A DNA stretch of 64,000 bases, taken from contig CAZSWA010000004.1 in NCBI GenBank assembly GCA_964610465.1, positions 8,365-72,364 on the forward strand. Reading direction: 5' to 3'. This DNA comes from an uncultured Gammaproteobacteria bacterium (GTDB lineage Bacteria > Patescibacteriota > Microgenomatia > Levybacterales > UBA12049). This document shows, piece after piece, positions 1 through 9,815 of this stretch (its first letter is position 1; each line of letters opens with the position of its first letter). Position numbers and translations under genes: made by a program. The notes below the pieces were generated by a model. The model was not told the origin of the DNA, did not search any database, and was given only the letters and a program-made list of their open reading frames with translations.

Positions 1-441
1 AAACTCCCACATTTCATCAAGAATATCTTTCAAAGAAAAAGAAAACTAAAAGAATTGATTATATTTTTATCTCAAATGGTAATAGAAAACTTTCAATTCT
101 TTCAAAGCAAAACATCTTTAAGAATAAAATCAAACTTGAAGATGGAACAAAGATGTATCTCACGGATCACATCGGGCTTAAAGCACATTTTCAGTTGTCT
201 TAATAATTTAAATTGTATTTTCCTATATACGAAACTGTGAACTTTTTCGCTGGACGACAAGCGAATTGCAGGAGCCACTGCCCGCTTGCTTGACAAGCGT
301 AACCAAGAAAAAGTTTATAGCGGAGTAGGTAATAGATTACTATAATTATTTTACAATTCTACGTGATTGCTTCGTTCTGCATTGCAGAACTCGCAATGAC
401 ATGCAAAAAGTCATTTCAAATATACTCTTGATTCATGATTC

Positions 442-981
442 CTAATCATTTACCGTTGCCACTGCGACAAAGCGCTTTGAATCAAGAAATCCAGTACAAG
501 TATAAAGCGTTACTCTTTTATCCTTTGAAGCATCAAGGATATGCGTTTGATCAGGGGTTATGATAGCGGTATATTGAATCGTAAAATCCCGGCTAGACCC
601 GTCGTTAAAACGAATTTTGATATGCTCTCCTGGATGAGTCCATTGCAAAGGTCCTAAAAGACTACTCCAGTTATGTCCATAAATTACACTGTTTCCTTTG
701 TCTCCAGGCAGAGGAGTAGCATCAAGATATGATACACCTTTATCGGTTAATCCCCATTCATTATTCTTGATTTTTGCTTGGAAAATCGGTAAGTCTACAT
801 GTACATCATCAATAATTAATTCTTCAGGCTGTAGTGTTGTTTTGGTTTTTGTAGTATCTAAATGTGCATTTTCGAAAGTGTATTTTTTGGGATTTACCCG
901 CAGCCAATAAATATAGGTTCCAAAAAGAAGGCAAAACAGTCCAAAAAGTATAAGCAGGTTTCCTAATATTCTCGTAGACAT
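442..981 (-). CDS. Sortase (transpeptidase), N-terminal TM anchor
   Basis: TLxTC-type active site 'VTLYTCTG', conserved His in 'VIYGHNW', Arg near C-terminus; N-terminal hydrophobic anchor; adjacent to a LANTG-terminated substrate gene. Confidence 0.75.
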   Translation of the reverse strand: MSTRILGNLLILFGLFCLLFGTYIYWLRVNPKKYTFENAHLDTTKTKTTLQPEELIIDDVHVDLPIFQAKIKNNEWGLTDKGVSYLDATPLPGDKGNSVIYGHNWSSLLGPLQWTHPGEHIKIRFNDGSSRDFTIQYTAIITPDQTHILDASKDKRVTLYTCTGFLDSKRFVAVATVND

Positions 982-989
982 GGAAATAA

Positions 990-1613
990 CTATTTAGTGT
1001 TTCTTTTAAGAAACAACCCGGCAATTACGGAGAATAACCCGGCAAGAACTACCCCATACAAAAAGATGATATTCCCTGTATTGGCAAGACCTAAAACAGA
1101 TTGTACCGGAGAAGAGCTGTTATTACTCGTTGTATTGTTTGAGGTATTGTTGGTCGTATTATTGGTTGTGTTGTTTGTGGTGTTATTGATAGTATTGTTG
1201 GTGGTCGTATTGCAGGCAAAATTTGAATTTTGTGCTGCATATCTGTCGTCTGATAATCCCCATGCTGAGCCGCTTGGAATATCATACCAACCCTGACTCT
1301 GTAATACCTTTACATCATCGTCTGACAGTTGTGCTACATTCCACCAATTGGTTTGAATACCTTGACCGTTTGGAGGACAAAAACATTGCATATACATGTT
1401 GTTTTCTGACAACTCATATACCATATCACTGCCTTGTACGGTATTTTCATATCCTGGAATTCCATGGTCACCTTGTGTATAACTTACTTTAAGTGTTCCT
1501 TGCGGATTAATACATGATGGGAATGACGGGGTGGTTACGGCAAATGCAGGTCTTGCGAAGACTGCAAAAAGGGGCAGGGTAATAATGATGGTAACTATCT
1601 GCCTGAATTTCAT
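990..1613 (-). CDS. Sortase-substrate surface protein: signal peptide, Cys-containing globular domain, Asn/Thr-rich stalk (NNTTNNT repeats), C-terminal LANTG + TM + KRNTK tail
   Basis: N-terminal signal peptide (AFA|VT); low-complexity N/T repeats; C-terminal 'LANTGN' followed by hydrophobic helix and basic tail = LPXTG-like cell-wall sorting signal. Confidence 0.7.
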   Translation of the reverse strand: MKFRQIVTIIITLPLFAVFARPAFAVTTPSFPSCINPQGTLKVSYTQGDHGIPGYENTVQGSDMVYELSENNMYMQCFCPPNGQGIQTNWWNVAQLSDDDVKVLQSQGWYDIPSGSAWGLSDDRYAAQNSNFACNTTTNNTINNTTNNTTNNTTNNTSNNTTSNNSSSPVQSVLGLANTGNIIFLYGVVLAGLFSVIAGLFLKRNTK

Positions 1614-1671
1614 TATAAATATTACCCTATATTTAGTATGTTTGGAATTATAAAGTATGGATAAACAAAAG

Positions 1672-2937
1672 TCAATAAGGTAATTGTAATAGATAACTTA
1701 TAGGAAAAAGTAATGTGCTTAGTTGATAGGTTATAAAAGACAGAACTGCACTAAATGGTGTAACTAATGTAATATGAAGATTAGTATCGGCTGACGAGAA
1801 ACGAATAGTTTTGAGCATATAGGAAGGTGCTGCAAAGGTAATTTGTATCCCGTCCTGAAGGTAAGGCAAAGAGAATCCACCATTACTATTGGTAATAGTA
1901 CCATAACGGTTACCTGCTTCTATATGTACATTTGCAATTGGAATATGTTGCGAATTTGTGACTATACCTTGCACGTAATCCGCTGAGTAAAATTTTGCAA
2001 GTGTCTTAACAGAAGGAGAAGCAATACCATTGCTATCCCAAATTTCAGTTGATCCTCCTGTACCTACCCAATAACTCACTCCTACCAAATCTTTTATTGA
2101 TGCGAGTTTTGAGAGCGCGAAACGTATCCATTGCTCCTGTTGATTTTTTGTCATACTTCCGTGGATATCAGGTATCGGTGCGCCAAATTCTCCCAGCACT
2201 ACTTTTCCGCCGCTTCTTTGGGCAAAATCTTTTATGTCATGTGCAAGTTGTTCAGGAGTTGCGACATAGTGATCAACCGTCACAATCCCATCGAGTTGTT
2301 TGGTGGTTTCAGGGTCCATTACCAGACGTGCAACATCTCCATTCATAGAAAAATAATTTGATTCCACATTCTTGTGTATTTCCTGAAATGCTAATTTCGT
2401 TACGTTATATTCTGTGATTAAAAAATTGCGATATCCTTTTACATCCTGAGTATTTCTGGGGTCACCTGGACCACCATTTTCACATTCGGGGCAGGAACTA
2501 AATATATCTCCATCCTCAAATATATCAGGGTTATTAAGAATAAAGTTAAGTGTTTTTTCTATATGCTGGTTTTGTGATATCTTAGGATAATCAAACCAAC
2601 CCTCCCATCCGGAAAAATTTCCCCGAAACCAGACGTGCAGGTGATATTTACGGGCAGCACTTACCCAACGTTTGAGTATCGGCAAAAATTCATCATCATA
2701 GGGAGTCCCTATAGCCACATGAGTTGCACCAGTATTGGCAATTTCCCGCACTTGAGTATCGATAGCTTTATCAAAAGACGAGTCATTGAGTTTCTCACGG
2801 CTTAAATCGCGGGAATATTTCATCGTATCTATTGATTCAAATTCCCATTGAGTATGCGTTTGTGCAAACGCACGAGGTACATGAAGACTAACCCATGCGA
2901 AAAAAATGAAACTTAGTATCACTATCAGTATTTTCAT
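1672..2937 (-). CDS. Secreted glycoside hydrolase-like protein (clan GH-A TIM-barrel-like, 'LGEFG' motif) with C-terminal carboxypeptidase-regulatory-like beta-sandwich
   Basis: Signal peptide; GEFG-type motif typical of GH5/GH26-like nucleophile region; C-terminal 'GTITNSNGGFSLP' CarboxypepD_reg-like segment. Family assignment uncertain. Confidence 0.4.
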   Translation of the reverse strand: MKILIVILSFIFFAWVSLHVPRAFAQTHTQWEFESIDTMKYSRDLSREKLNDSSFDKAIDTQVREIANTGATHVAIGTPYDDEFLPILKRWVSAARKYHLHVWFRGNFSGWEGWFDYPKISQNQHIEKTLNFILNNPDIFEDGDIFSSCPECENGGPGDPRNTQDVKGYRNFLITEYNVTKLAFQEIHKNVESNYFSMNGDVARLVMDPETTKQLDGIVTVDHYVATPEQLAHDIKDFAQRSGGKVVLGEFGAPIPDIHGSMTKNQQEQWIRFALSKLASIKDLVGVSYWVGTGGSTEIWDSNGIASPSVKTLAKFYSADYVQGIVTNSQHIPIANVHIEAGNRYGTITNSNGGFSLPYLQDGIQITFAAPSYMLKTIRFSSADTNLHITLVTPFSAVLSFITYQLSTLLFPISYLLQLPY

Positions 2938-2963
2938 ATAAATGCGTAACTATTAGCTATCTG

Positions 2964-4637
2964 CTACTTTTGCTGTGCTAGAACAGGTTTTGTATGAAGA
3001 TCTGATAAATATTGAGGTTTTATTTCATAGATATCAGCAAAAGGGAAATGATGAATAAGTATGTATTTGTTCATTGCCGGGTTTGTATGAATAAGTTTAA
3101 ATGTCAAATCATTTGTATCGTGAGTTCTCATAATTATCCACCTTGCCCATCTGTCAGGATGTGCTGTTGCATAATCCCAATATAATCCTGTCCCCTCATG
3201 AATAAATTTACTCATAGGAAGACCTGATGAGAAAATTATAGCATCATGTGAAGCAACTGAGATAAGGATAAAACCATCTTGATTCGTTGCATGGTCACGT
3301 AACCATCCACTTACTTCCTTTACATTTTTACCACTTGATCCAACAAGCGCATCATCAATGGTAACCGCATCTCTTGCAGTAAAAGAGAAAAAGGTTACAA
3401 ATAGCAAAAGACCTATGAGAGCAAATCGTAATAATTTCAGTCTTTGCACGAGATATCCGATAAAAATCGCAAGAGATGGCAACATCATAAGTCCATAGCG
3501 GACATTAAACCATGACTTTCCTGAAATACCTTGCACATATAACACTGACTGACCCATATAGAGTGCCAAAACGTTAAAGAAAAATGGCGCTAAGAGAGCT
3601 GCCAAAGCGAGTTTAGTTTTTACCTTAATATTTTTGTCAAACCAAAGTATTACCGCTCCTGTTGCTCCCAAGAATAGAGTCAAAGCACCGGAATTATATA
3701 CAAGCGCATAGAGGTAAATAATAAGGGAAAGTAAAAAATTACCTTCCGTAGGAAGTGCACCTGCTCTTTTTAACTGTAGTTGCTGTTCACGAGCAGAATA
3801 AGGACCATTTATGAAATAAAGAGCATCCTTGAAAATCATCTGATTCCAAAGTAACCATAAAACAAGTCCAAAACCAGCAAGGGTCAGAAACAATACAAAA
3901 ATTCCTTCTGTTTTTTTATATCCATATTTTTTCCAGATGTATAATACCATGATGCAGGTGGAGAAAATTAAAAGAAACCATCCATCATAGCGTATAAGCG
4001 TTGAAAGCAATATCCAGAATCCGGCATAAATAAGATGAATAATTTGTTCGTTTTCATACCATACCAAAAGCTCATATACCCCAGCTGTCATAGTACCAAG
4101 CAACAAAAGCTCAGTCATGGCAGTTGATTGCATATAGAGAATATTAAGATTAGCTGCAAAGATAAATACGCCTGCAAGTCTTCCAATCATTCCCACACGT
4201 AAATGCTTTAAGAAAAGATACACAATAAGCCCGGTACCAATATAGGCAAGCATTGATTGTAATGCTCCTGCAAGCCCTGAGTGCCACATGAAATCATTCC
4301 ATACAGTTGCTATCATCAGAATATGAGGAAGAGGTAACCAGACACTTCCAAGCTGTGCAACACCAGGTTTAAGATTTTCAACTACACGTCTGGCAATATC
4401 TAAATGCGAACGGGCATCATTGTATGCAATACCAAGACCATTTTGATAAAACACAAAGAAGCTTGCTGCAGATATCAGAGAAAGAATTATTCCAAGCAAT
4501 AGAAGTGCTTTTTTTTCAAACCAATCCTGTATCCTGTTTAGAGTTGCAAACTGTAAAGTAAAACCTATTGATAGTGATTTAAGACTAAAACGCATAATTA
4601 TTTTCCTTTCTTGAAAGCGAAATCTTAGATATAACAA
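2964..4637 (-). CDS. Polytopic membrane glycosyltransferase, GT-C fold (PMT/ArnT-like, family 39/83-like) with C-terminal extracytoplasmic domain
   Basis: >10 predicted TM helices followed by ~150-aa soluble C-terminal domain; overlaps upstream paralog by ~50 nt (true start may be internal Met 'MRFSLKS' ~4595). Confidence 0.45.
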   Translation of the reverse strand: MLYLRFRFQERKIIMRFSLKSLSIGFTLQFATLNRIQDWFEKKALLLLGIILSLISAASFFVFYQNGLGIAYNDARSHLDIARRVVENLKPGVAQLGSVWLPLPHILMIATVWNDFMWHSGLAGALQSMLAYIGTGLIVYLFLKHLRVGMIGRLAGVFIFAANLNILYMQSTAMTELLLLGTMTAGVYELLVWYENEQIIHLIYAGFWILLSTLIRYDGWFLLIFSTCIMVLYIWKKYGYKKTEGIFVLFLTLAGFGLVLWLLWNQMIFKDALYFINGPYSAREQQLQLKRAGALPTEGNFLLSLIIYLYALVYNSGALTLFLGATGAVILWFDKNIKVKTKLALAALLAPFFFNVLALYMGQSVLYVQGISGKSWFNVRYGLMMLPSLAIFIGYLVQRLKLLRFALIGLLLFVTFFSFTARDAVTIDDALVGSSGKNVKEVSGWLRDHATNQDGFILISVASHDAIIFSSGLPMSKFIHEGTGLYWDYATAHPDRWARWIIMRTHDTNDLTFKLIHTNPAMNKYILIHHFPFADIYEIKPQYLSDLHTKPVLAQQK

Positions 4638-6186
4638 GAAGCACTGAGGTAAAAATGATAATAGAAAATATTATATCAAGATAATAATCCCACGCAGAAA
4701 TGAAATGTTTTGCAAAAGTCGTATAGATAAATGCCTTTGAGCCTTGCGTATTTAAATAATTAAAATTGCGAACATAGGTATAGTCTTGTTTTACTCCTGA
4801 GATTTTTTCAAGTGCTTGTGCTTCTATCATCGGAGGATTATTGCTTGTAGTAAGTGCACCTAATGTGTTAACTGCAGTAGAATAACTGAAAAGCATGAGA
4901 AATAATAAAAGAAAAATATTTTTCCGTCCAAAGCGGGTCAGATATATTGCAATAAAGATAGAAAGTATTGCATAAGAAGGAATTAAATAACGTGCGCCAA
5001 AGGCCCATCCCCCCCAGGGGTCACCCCACATTGCATAAAGGAGTATATTAATACCTATAACTGCTACAAAAAGTGATAAATAAGGAATTCTTCTCCTATA
5101 GGCAATAATCAAACCTATTACACCCAAAATCATAATTGGAGTAAAAATAAGTGTTCCTCTATCAGGACTGATAAATAATACAAAGAAACCATTTAAGAGA
5201 TATCTTGGGTTAAAAAATGTTATGGCATTTATTTCGTTGTTTTTTGGAGAAGTATTGGAGTTTGTGTTACCGGTTTTTGTAATTTTTGCTGCTGCTTCAA
5301 TGTTTAATTTGTTTATCTGTTTATTATTCACTGTCTGTATTTTTTCAACTCTTGGTAACGAACCGGATAACTGCAGAGGATTACCAAATGACATGAAGTT
5401 AAACCACAAGAGGAAAAGTACAGGGATAATTGCCGAAACAGCATTAAAAAGTCTTCCAAAATGAAGCTCTACATCCATAGATTTTCTACGTATTTTATAA
5501 GAGACAATCCCGAAAAGTGTATACAAACCAATAGGAAGTATCATAAATAAGTTTGAATAGTCTATGACAATTGATGTACCACAAAGAAACCATACCAGCA
5601 TATAGGAGAAAAAGTTTTTGTAACGGATAAGACAATAAATACTCAGAAGAATAAGAAAGGTTGAGATATGATGTTGATAAAAATCAACCGCATATGCATA
5701 TGCAGGAGTCGCAAAAAGAAAGGTAAGCCCGGCAATTGCTGACGCCAATTTATTTGCACCTAAACGTATTGCAATTGCCATAATAAGAAGCATATTCACA
5801 AGAGCAAATAATGCTATCATTGCAAATGTTCCTACTTGTGAGATTCCAAGTATTTTACCAACAAGATATCCTGGCATTCCTATAAATGACACACCAGGTG
5901 CAAAAAGTGATACATAGTGATTGTGAATAATAGCAAGATCTGGAGTTGCAAATTGCGCAACCGGAAGAGAAAATTGAAATGAATGGTCCTCGAGTACTGA
6001 GTAAAGTAAAGCAAATCTTCCACTCTGTTCAAACGGTCCATTTTCACGCCAGGAAGATGAGTTAAAGTTGTTACTTGTCGGATTTCCAGCAATACCACGT
6101 ATACTTAGCATTAAGATAACTGCGGTAAAAATAATGCAAAGCATTGGAAGAGAAATTTGTTGTAAGAAACGGAATACTGTTTTCAT
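4585..6186 (-). CDS. Polytopic membrane glycosyltransferase, GT-C fold (PMT/ArnT-like), paralog of previous
   Basis: Multi-TM N-terminal two-thirds, C-terminal soluble domain; architecture of dolichyl/undecaprenyl-phosphate-sugar dependent GT-C enzymes. Confidence 0.45.
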   Translation of the reverse strand: MKTVFRFLQQISLPMLCIIFTAVILMLSIRGIAGNPTSNNFNSSSWRENGPFEQSGRFALLYSVLEDHSFQFSLPVAQFATPDLAIIHNHYVSLFAPGVSFIGMPGYLVGKILGISQVGTFAMIALFALVNMLLIMAIAIRLGANKLASAIAGLTFLFATPAYAYAVDFYQHHISTFLILLSIYCLIRYKNFFSYMLVWFLCGTSIVIDYSNLFMILPIGLYTLFGIVSYKIRRKSMDVELHFGRLFNAVSAIIPVLFLLWFNFMSFGNPLQLSGSLPRVEKIQTVNNKQINKLNIEAAAKITKTGNTNSNTSPKNNEINAITFFNPRYLLNGFFVLFISPDRGTLIFTPIMILGVIGLIIAYRRRIPYLSLFVAVIGINILLYAMWGDPWGGWAFGARYLIPSYAILSIFIAIYLTRFGRKNIFLLLFLMLFSYSTAVNTLGALTTSNNPPMIEAQALEKISGVKQDYTYVRNFNYLNTQGSKAFIYTTFAKHFISAWDYYLDIIFSIIIFTSVLLVISKISLSRKENNYAF

Positions 6187-6192
6187 AGGGTA

Positions 6193-7134
6193 CTATTTGA
6201 ATGCAATTTCTTTTTGTGATATCCCTTTTTTTGTAGATTCTATAAGCTTCCATACTCCTTCTTTCTCAAAAGAGTTTTGTTTTTTCGGAAAAAGCTTCAT
6301 AAATGAGAAAAAAGCCCCTCCTCCAAAAAGAGAAACCGGATCCCTTACTACCATTTTTGCAAGTGCTCTTACTTTATATTGGAACGGAATCGTATATTCA
6401 TTTATTATATTTTCTCCAAACATTTTCATAAGGAGCACTCGCTCTCCATTTGTCCTATTCACTTGCAAAAAATAGTCATGGACATTATCAGGAGAACGAA
6501 AAAGCACTACTGCATCTTTGGCGAAATGGAAAGACAGCCCGTTTTTTTTAGCTGAGAAATAAAGATATTGTGATTCTGATGTAATTTTTTTAGGAATTCT
6601 TATTTTTTTTACTAGAGAACCACGTATTGCCATAATACAACCTCTTATATTATGAATATGATTTCCATTATTAACATCCTTCCGGGTTTCATACCACACT
6701 CTGGTCCATGTATTAATAAATTCTTCAACTGTTGTTTTTGCCTTAACAGGTAGATTATTCCCACCTACTATTCCTACAGATTCATCAAAATTTTTGATAA
6801 GGTTATCAATTACATATTTTGATGCCGGAAGTATATCAGCATCAAAACTAACCAGAAAGTCACTTTTATTCAATGCATAAAGCTGATTTAAGCGATAGGC
6901 TTTCCCACGTCTCTTTTTATCATCAATTATAGTTATTAGTTTGTTTTTCTGTGCTATTTCCTTTACTCTCACAACGGTATTATCGGTACAACCATCACAT
7001 ATCACAATAATGTTCTTAAGTACGTAATATCTCTGATTTTGCTTAAGTATTTCTGTAAGCAAGTTTTTAATATTGTTTTCTTCATTACAGGCAGGTATAC
7101 CTACTGTTACTGTTGGTTTTTTTAAAGATTTCAT
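6193..7134 (-). CDS. Glycosyltransferase family 2 (GT-A fold)
   Basis: N-terminal 'VGIPACNEE' ... 'DGCTDNT' ... 'FDADILP' DxD motif. Confidence 0.8.
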   Translation of the reverse strand: MKSLKKPTVTVGIPACNEENNIKNLLTEILKQNQRYYVLKNIIVICDGCTDNTVVRVKEIAQKNKLITIIDDKKRRGKAYRLNQLYALNKSDFLVSFDADILPASKYVIDNLIKNFDESVGIVGGNNLPVKAKTTVEEFINTWTRVWYETRKDVNNGNHIHNIRGCIMAIRGSLVKKIRIPKKITSESQYLYFSAKKNGLSFHFAKDAVVLFRSPDNVHDYFLQVNRTNGERVLLMKMFGENIINEYTIPFQYKVRALAKMVVRDPVSLFGGGAFFSFMKLFPKKQNSFEKEGVWKLIESTKKGISQKEIAFK

Positions 7135-7182
7135 GATTTCTACTCCTGCAATTATACTATAAGATAGTATATTTATCCAGTA

Positions 7183-8991
7183 TTATTCCAGCGCGATTCT
7201 CTTGGTAGATGAAGCTACTGTCCATCTGCTATCTATTGCTTTGTTTCTTGCTATTCTCGTCTTGATAAGTATATAAAGATAGGCACTAAAATATATAGGG
7301 TTCATAATAAAGAATTTAATAAGTGCCTTAAGCACTAAATAGGTAGGTAACACATATTCTGTTTCATCCAAAGGAACGAATTTACGCAGTTCCTGCTTTG
7401 ATGATTGAAACCGGGTAGACTGGAGAAGATGATCATGAAAAGATACTGGAGATTTATAATATACTTTCAGTTTAGGTAAATAGCGTGGCATAAAATTATA
7501 TGAGCGTGCGAGAAAGTAGAAATATGTATCATTATTAACCAATGTTTCAGGCAGTACAATTTTCCTTGCGAAATTGCCATCTAATCCAAGAAAAACTCCC
7601 CGAAAGGCTAAGTAATTACATCCCTTTTTCCATTTTCTCCTTACATCCATTTGTAACCGAACATTATAATTTACGCATTTCTCAAAAAATGATGAGCCGC
7701 TAAGTGGTACTGCTTCAACAGAAATTAGTCCATCTCTTTCAAGATGAGATTGTTTTAAAATTGACTCGAAAAGATGGGTATCTTTAATCATGGTATCTGC
7801 ATCGATAATAAAAAGCACATCTCCTTTAAAACGTGAGAAAATCTGATTGAGGCGTGTTGATTTTCCTTTTCTTTCTTTTTCAGCAATAAGAGTAATACGT
7901 GACTCTTTTATTTCCCTGGCCTTTTCAATAGTTTTATCTGAACTTCCATCAGAAACAACAATAATTTCTTTAAGAAAAAAATTATTTTCTTCCTGATGCA
8001 AAACTGATTGGATAATACGCTTAATATTTTTTTCTTCATTATAAGCAGGTATCCCTACTGATATGGAAATGTTTGTTTTATAAGAGTGGGAAAGTATTTT
8101 TGTTGAAGGTGTTGTTGCCCAAAGATCAGAAAAGTTCTTATTCGTTATTCTACTTTCTACTTTCCATTTCATTAACATGTAAAATATAAATAGAATTGGA
8201 TGAGATATAAAGAATTGCAGAGAGATTGTAAAAATAAGATGTTTCGGTCTTTCATAAACTTTTTCTATAAATTCTTTTGGAAAATAAGAAAGTAATGTGT
8301 TTTTAGCTGAAAAGATTTTTTGTCTTTCTTTTATCAGATCTTCAAGATTATGAGGAGCACGATAGTAACAAACGGCAGAAGTCTGGACAGTCGTTTTGAT
8401 ATTATTTTGTCTACACCATAAAAGAGCATACGAATCTTCCGGAACAGATATGGGCCACACAAGTTTTTTATATACAAGTTTACTAAACGCTCTTCCACTT
8501 CTTCCCGTACAAAATACATTCCGTGTTATAGGATTTTTGAATGTGCACTCTCTATAAATGTTACCCTGTATGGAAATTGCTTTTTCAAATATATTGCGGG
8601 GGGAAAGAGGTGTCTTGTTACCTTGTACCATTCCAATTTTGTTATTTTTTGCTATTGGCTTAAGAAGCTCGTCGATAAAAAGATTATTTACAGGCATGGT
8701 ATCTGCTTCAAAGAGTACGACTACATCAGTATCTGCCATCTTAAAAATTTTATTTTGAGCAGAAATTTGACCCTTTCGCTTTTTATTTCTAATTAAGGTA
8801 ATTTTTGAATTTTTTAAATCGAGAATATTTCTGTCTGTATTATCAGTGCTTGCATCAGACACGACAATAATTTGTTTTATGATAAAATATGTCTCTTTTT
8901 GTGACAAAATTTTATTAAGAAGATATATAATATTATGCTCTTCGTTGTAGGCAGGAATGCCAATTGTTACGGTAAGTTTTTTATTTTTCAT
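7183..8991 (-). CDS. Tandem double GT2 glycosyltransferase (two GT-A domains in one polypeptide)
   Basis: Two copies of the 'IGIPAYNEE(H/K)NI' ... 'SD(A/G)STD' ... 'DAD' GT2 signature at residues ~8 and ~310. Confidence 0.75.
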   Translation of the reverse strand: MKNKKLTVTIGIPAYNEEHNIIYLLNKILSQKETYFIIKQIIVVSDASTDNTDRNILDLKNSKITLIRNKKRKGQISAQNKIFKMADTDVVVLFEADTMPVNNLFIDELLKPIAKNNKIGMVQGNKTPLSPRNIFEKAISIQGNIYRECTFKNPITRNVFCTGRSGRAFSKLVYKKLVWPISVPEDSYALLWCRQNNIKTTVQTSAVCYYRAPHNLEDLIKERQKIFSAKNTLLSYFPKEFIEKVYERPKHLIFTISLQFFISHPILFIFYMLMKWKVESRITNKNFSDLWATTPSTKILSHSYKTNISISVGIPAYNEEKNIKRIIQSVLHQEENNFFLKEIIVVSDGSSDKTIEKAREIKESRITLIAEKERKGKSTRLNQIFSRFKGDVLFIIDADTMIKDTHLFESILKQSHLERDGLISVEAVPLSGSSFFEKCVNYNVRLQMDVRRKWKKGCNYLAFRGVFLGLDGNFARKIVLPETLVNNDTYFYFLARSYNFMPRYLPKLKVYYKSPVSFHDHLLQSTRFQSSKQELRKFVPLDETEYVLPTYLVLKALIKFFIMNPIYFSAYLYILIKTRIARNKAIDSRWTVASSTKRIALE

Positions 8992-9815
8992 ATAGCGTTT
9001 TGTGTTACCTTTCGCAGTATCTTTCTCATATAAATACCTGATGTCAAAAATGCTGCTTTAAATTCTATAAAACTGTGCGTCCCATCAACTCCCACCCGCG
9101 GAACGAGAAGCGGATTCGTTGATAGAGTAATAAGCTCATCCACTAAAGATAATCCCATTTTAAACCCCGCTTTCTTCACCGCTCTTTGCGCAGGTAGTGA
9201 AAAATAACCCTTCGGATAGGCAAAATAATTAATTTTGCAGTTAAGTTCTTTTTCAAGTTTCTTTTTTGATTGTACTATCTCATAATCAATATCTTTCTGA
9301 GAAATATGTAGGAGATTGGCATGAGTAGCACTATGTGAACCAATTTCCCATCCTGACTTTTGAAGGGTAAGTACTTCTTTTTTTGAAAGAAGCGGTTTCA
9401 TATTATCAAGTTCCTTTCTATTAGGCTTTTGGCTATCTGCAAGTACAAAAAGTATTGGTCTAATACCTAGCTTTTTAAAGTAGTCCTTTGTTTCATACAC
9501 ATCTTTATATCCATCATCAAAAGTAATTACTACTGACTTTCTCTCTATTTTCTTTTGTCTATTTATATATTTATATACATCATCAAGACTTATAAAGTCG
9601 TAATGTTTTCTAAGGTATTCTATTTGAGCCTTAAGTACATCAAAGGGGACAGCAAAACGCCATCTATCCTTTGATATACTGTGATAACAAAGTATTACAA
9701 TTTTATTTTTGTTCGTCAAAATAAGCACTTTATCAAGTAAAAACATACTCGCATACAATGCTTTTCTGGCTTTAAAAAATAACATATTTCTTATAAAATT
9801 TCGTAGAGTACTCAT
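8988..9815 (-). CDS. Polysaccharide deacetylase (CE4, NodB homology domain)
   Basis: 'VVITFDDGYKD' ... 'ILFVLAD' ... 'GWEIGSHSATH' NodB motifs; 4-nt overlap with neighbours (operon). Confidence 0.7.
   Translation of the reverse strand: MSTLRNFIRNMLFFKARKALYASMFLLDKVLILTNKNKIVILCYHSISKDRWRFAVPFDVLKAQIEYLRKHYDFISLDDVYKYINRQKKIERKSVVITFDDGYKDVYETKDYFKKLGIRPILFVLADSQKPNRKELDNMKPLLSKKEVLTLQKSGWEIGSHSATHANLLHISQKDIDYEIVQSKKKLEKELNCKINYFAYPKGYFSLPAQRAVKKAGFKMGLSLVDELITLSTNPLLVPRVGVDGTHSFIEFKAAFLTSGIYMRKILRKVTQNAI

Noticed and set aside
55-440. Small ORFs 55..240 and 102..296, plus palindromes (TTCTGCA-T-TGCAGAA at ~375, GACAAGCG direct repeat at 256/288)
   Set aside because: Mutually overlapping, no RBS, no motifs. 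The palindromes have no following U-run for a terminator and their function is unclear, so they are left unannotated.
997-1492. Plus-strand ORFs 997..1296, 1223..1492 (and analogous 18133..18444, 19479..19824, 21143..21754, 21824..22021)
   Set aside because: Antisense to low-complexity repeat-protein genes. Leu/Val-rich translations are typical of reverse-strand reading of Asn/Thr codons. No RBS.
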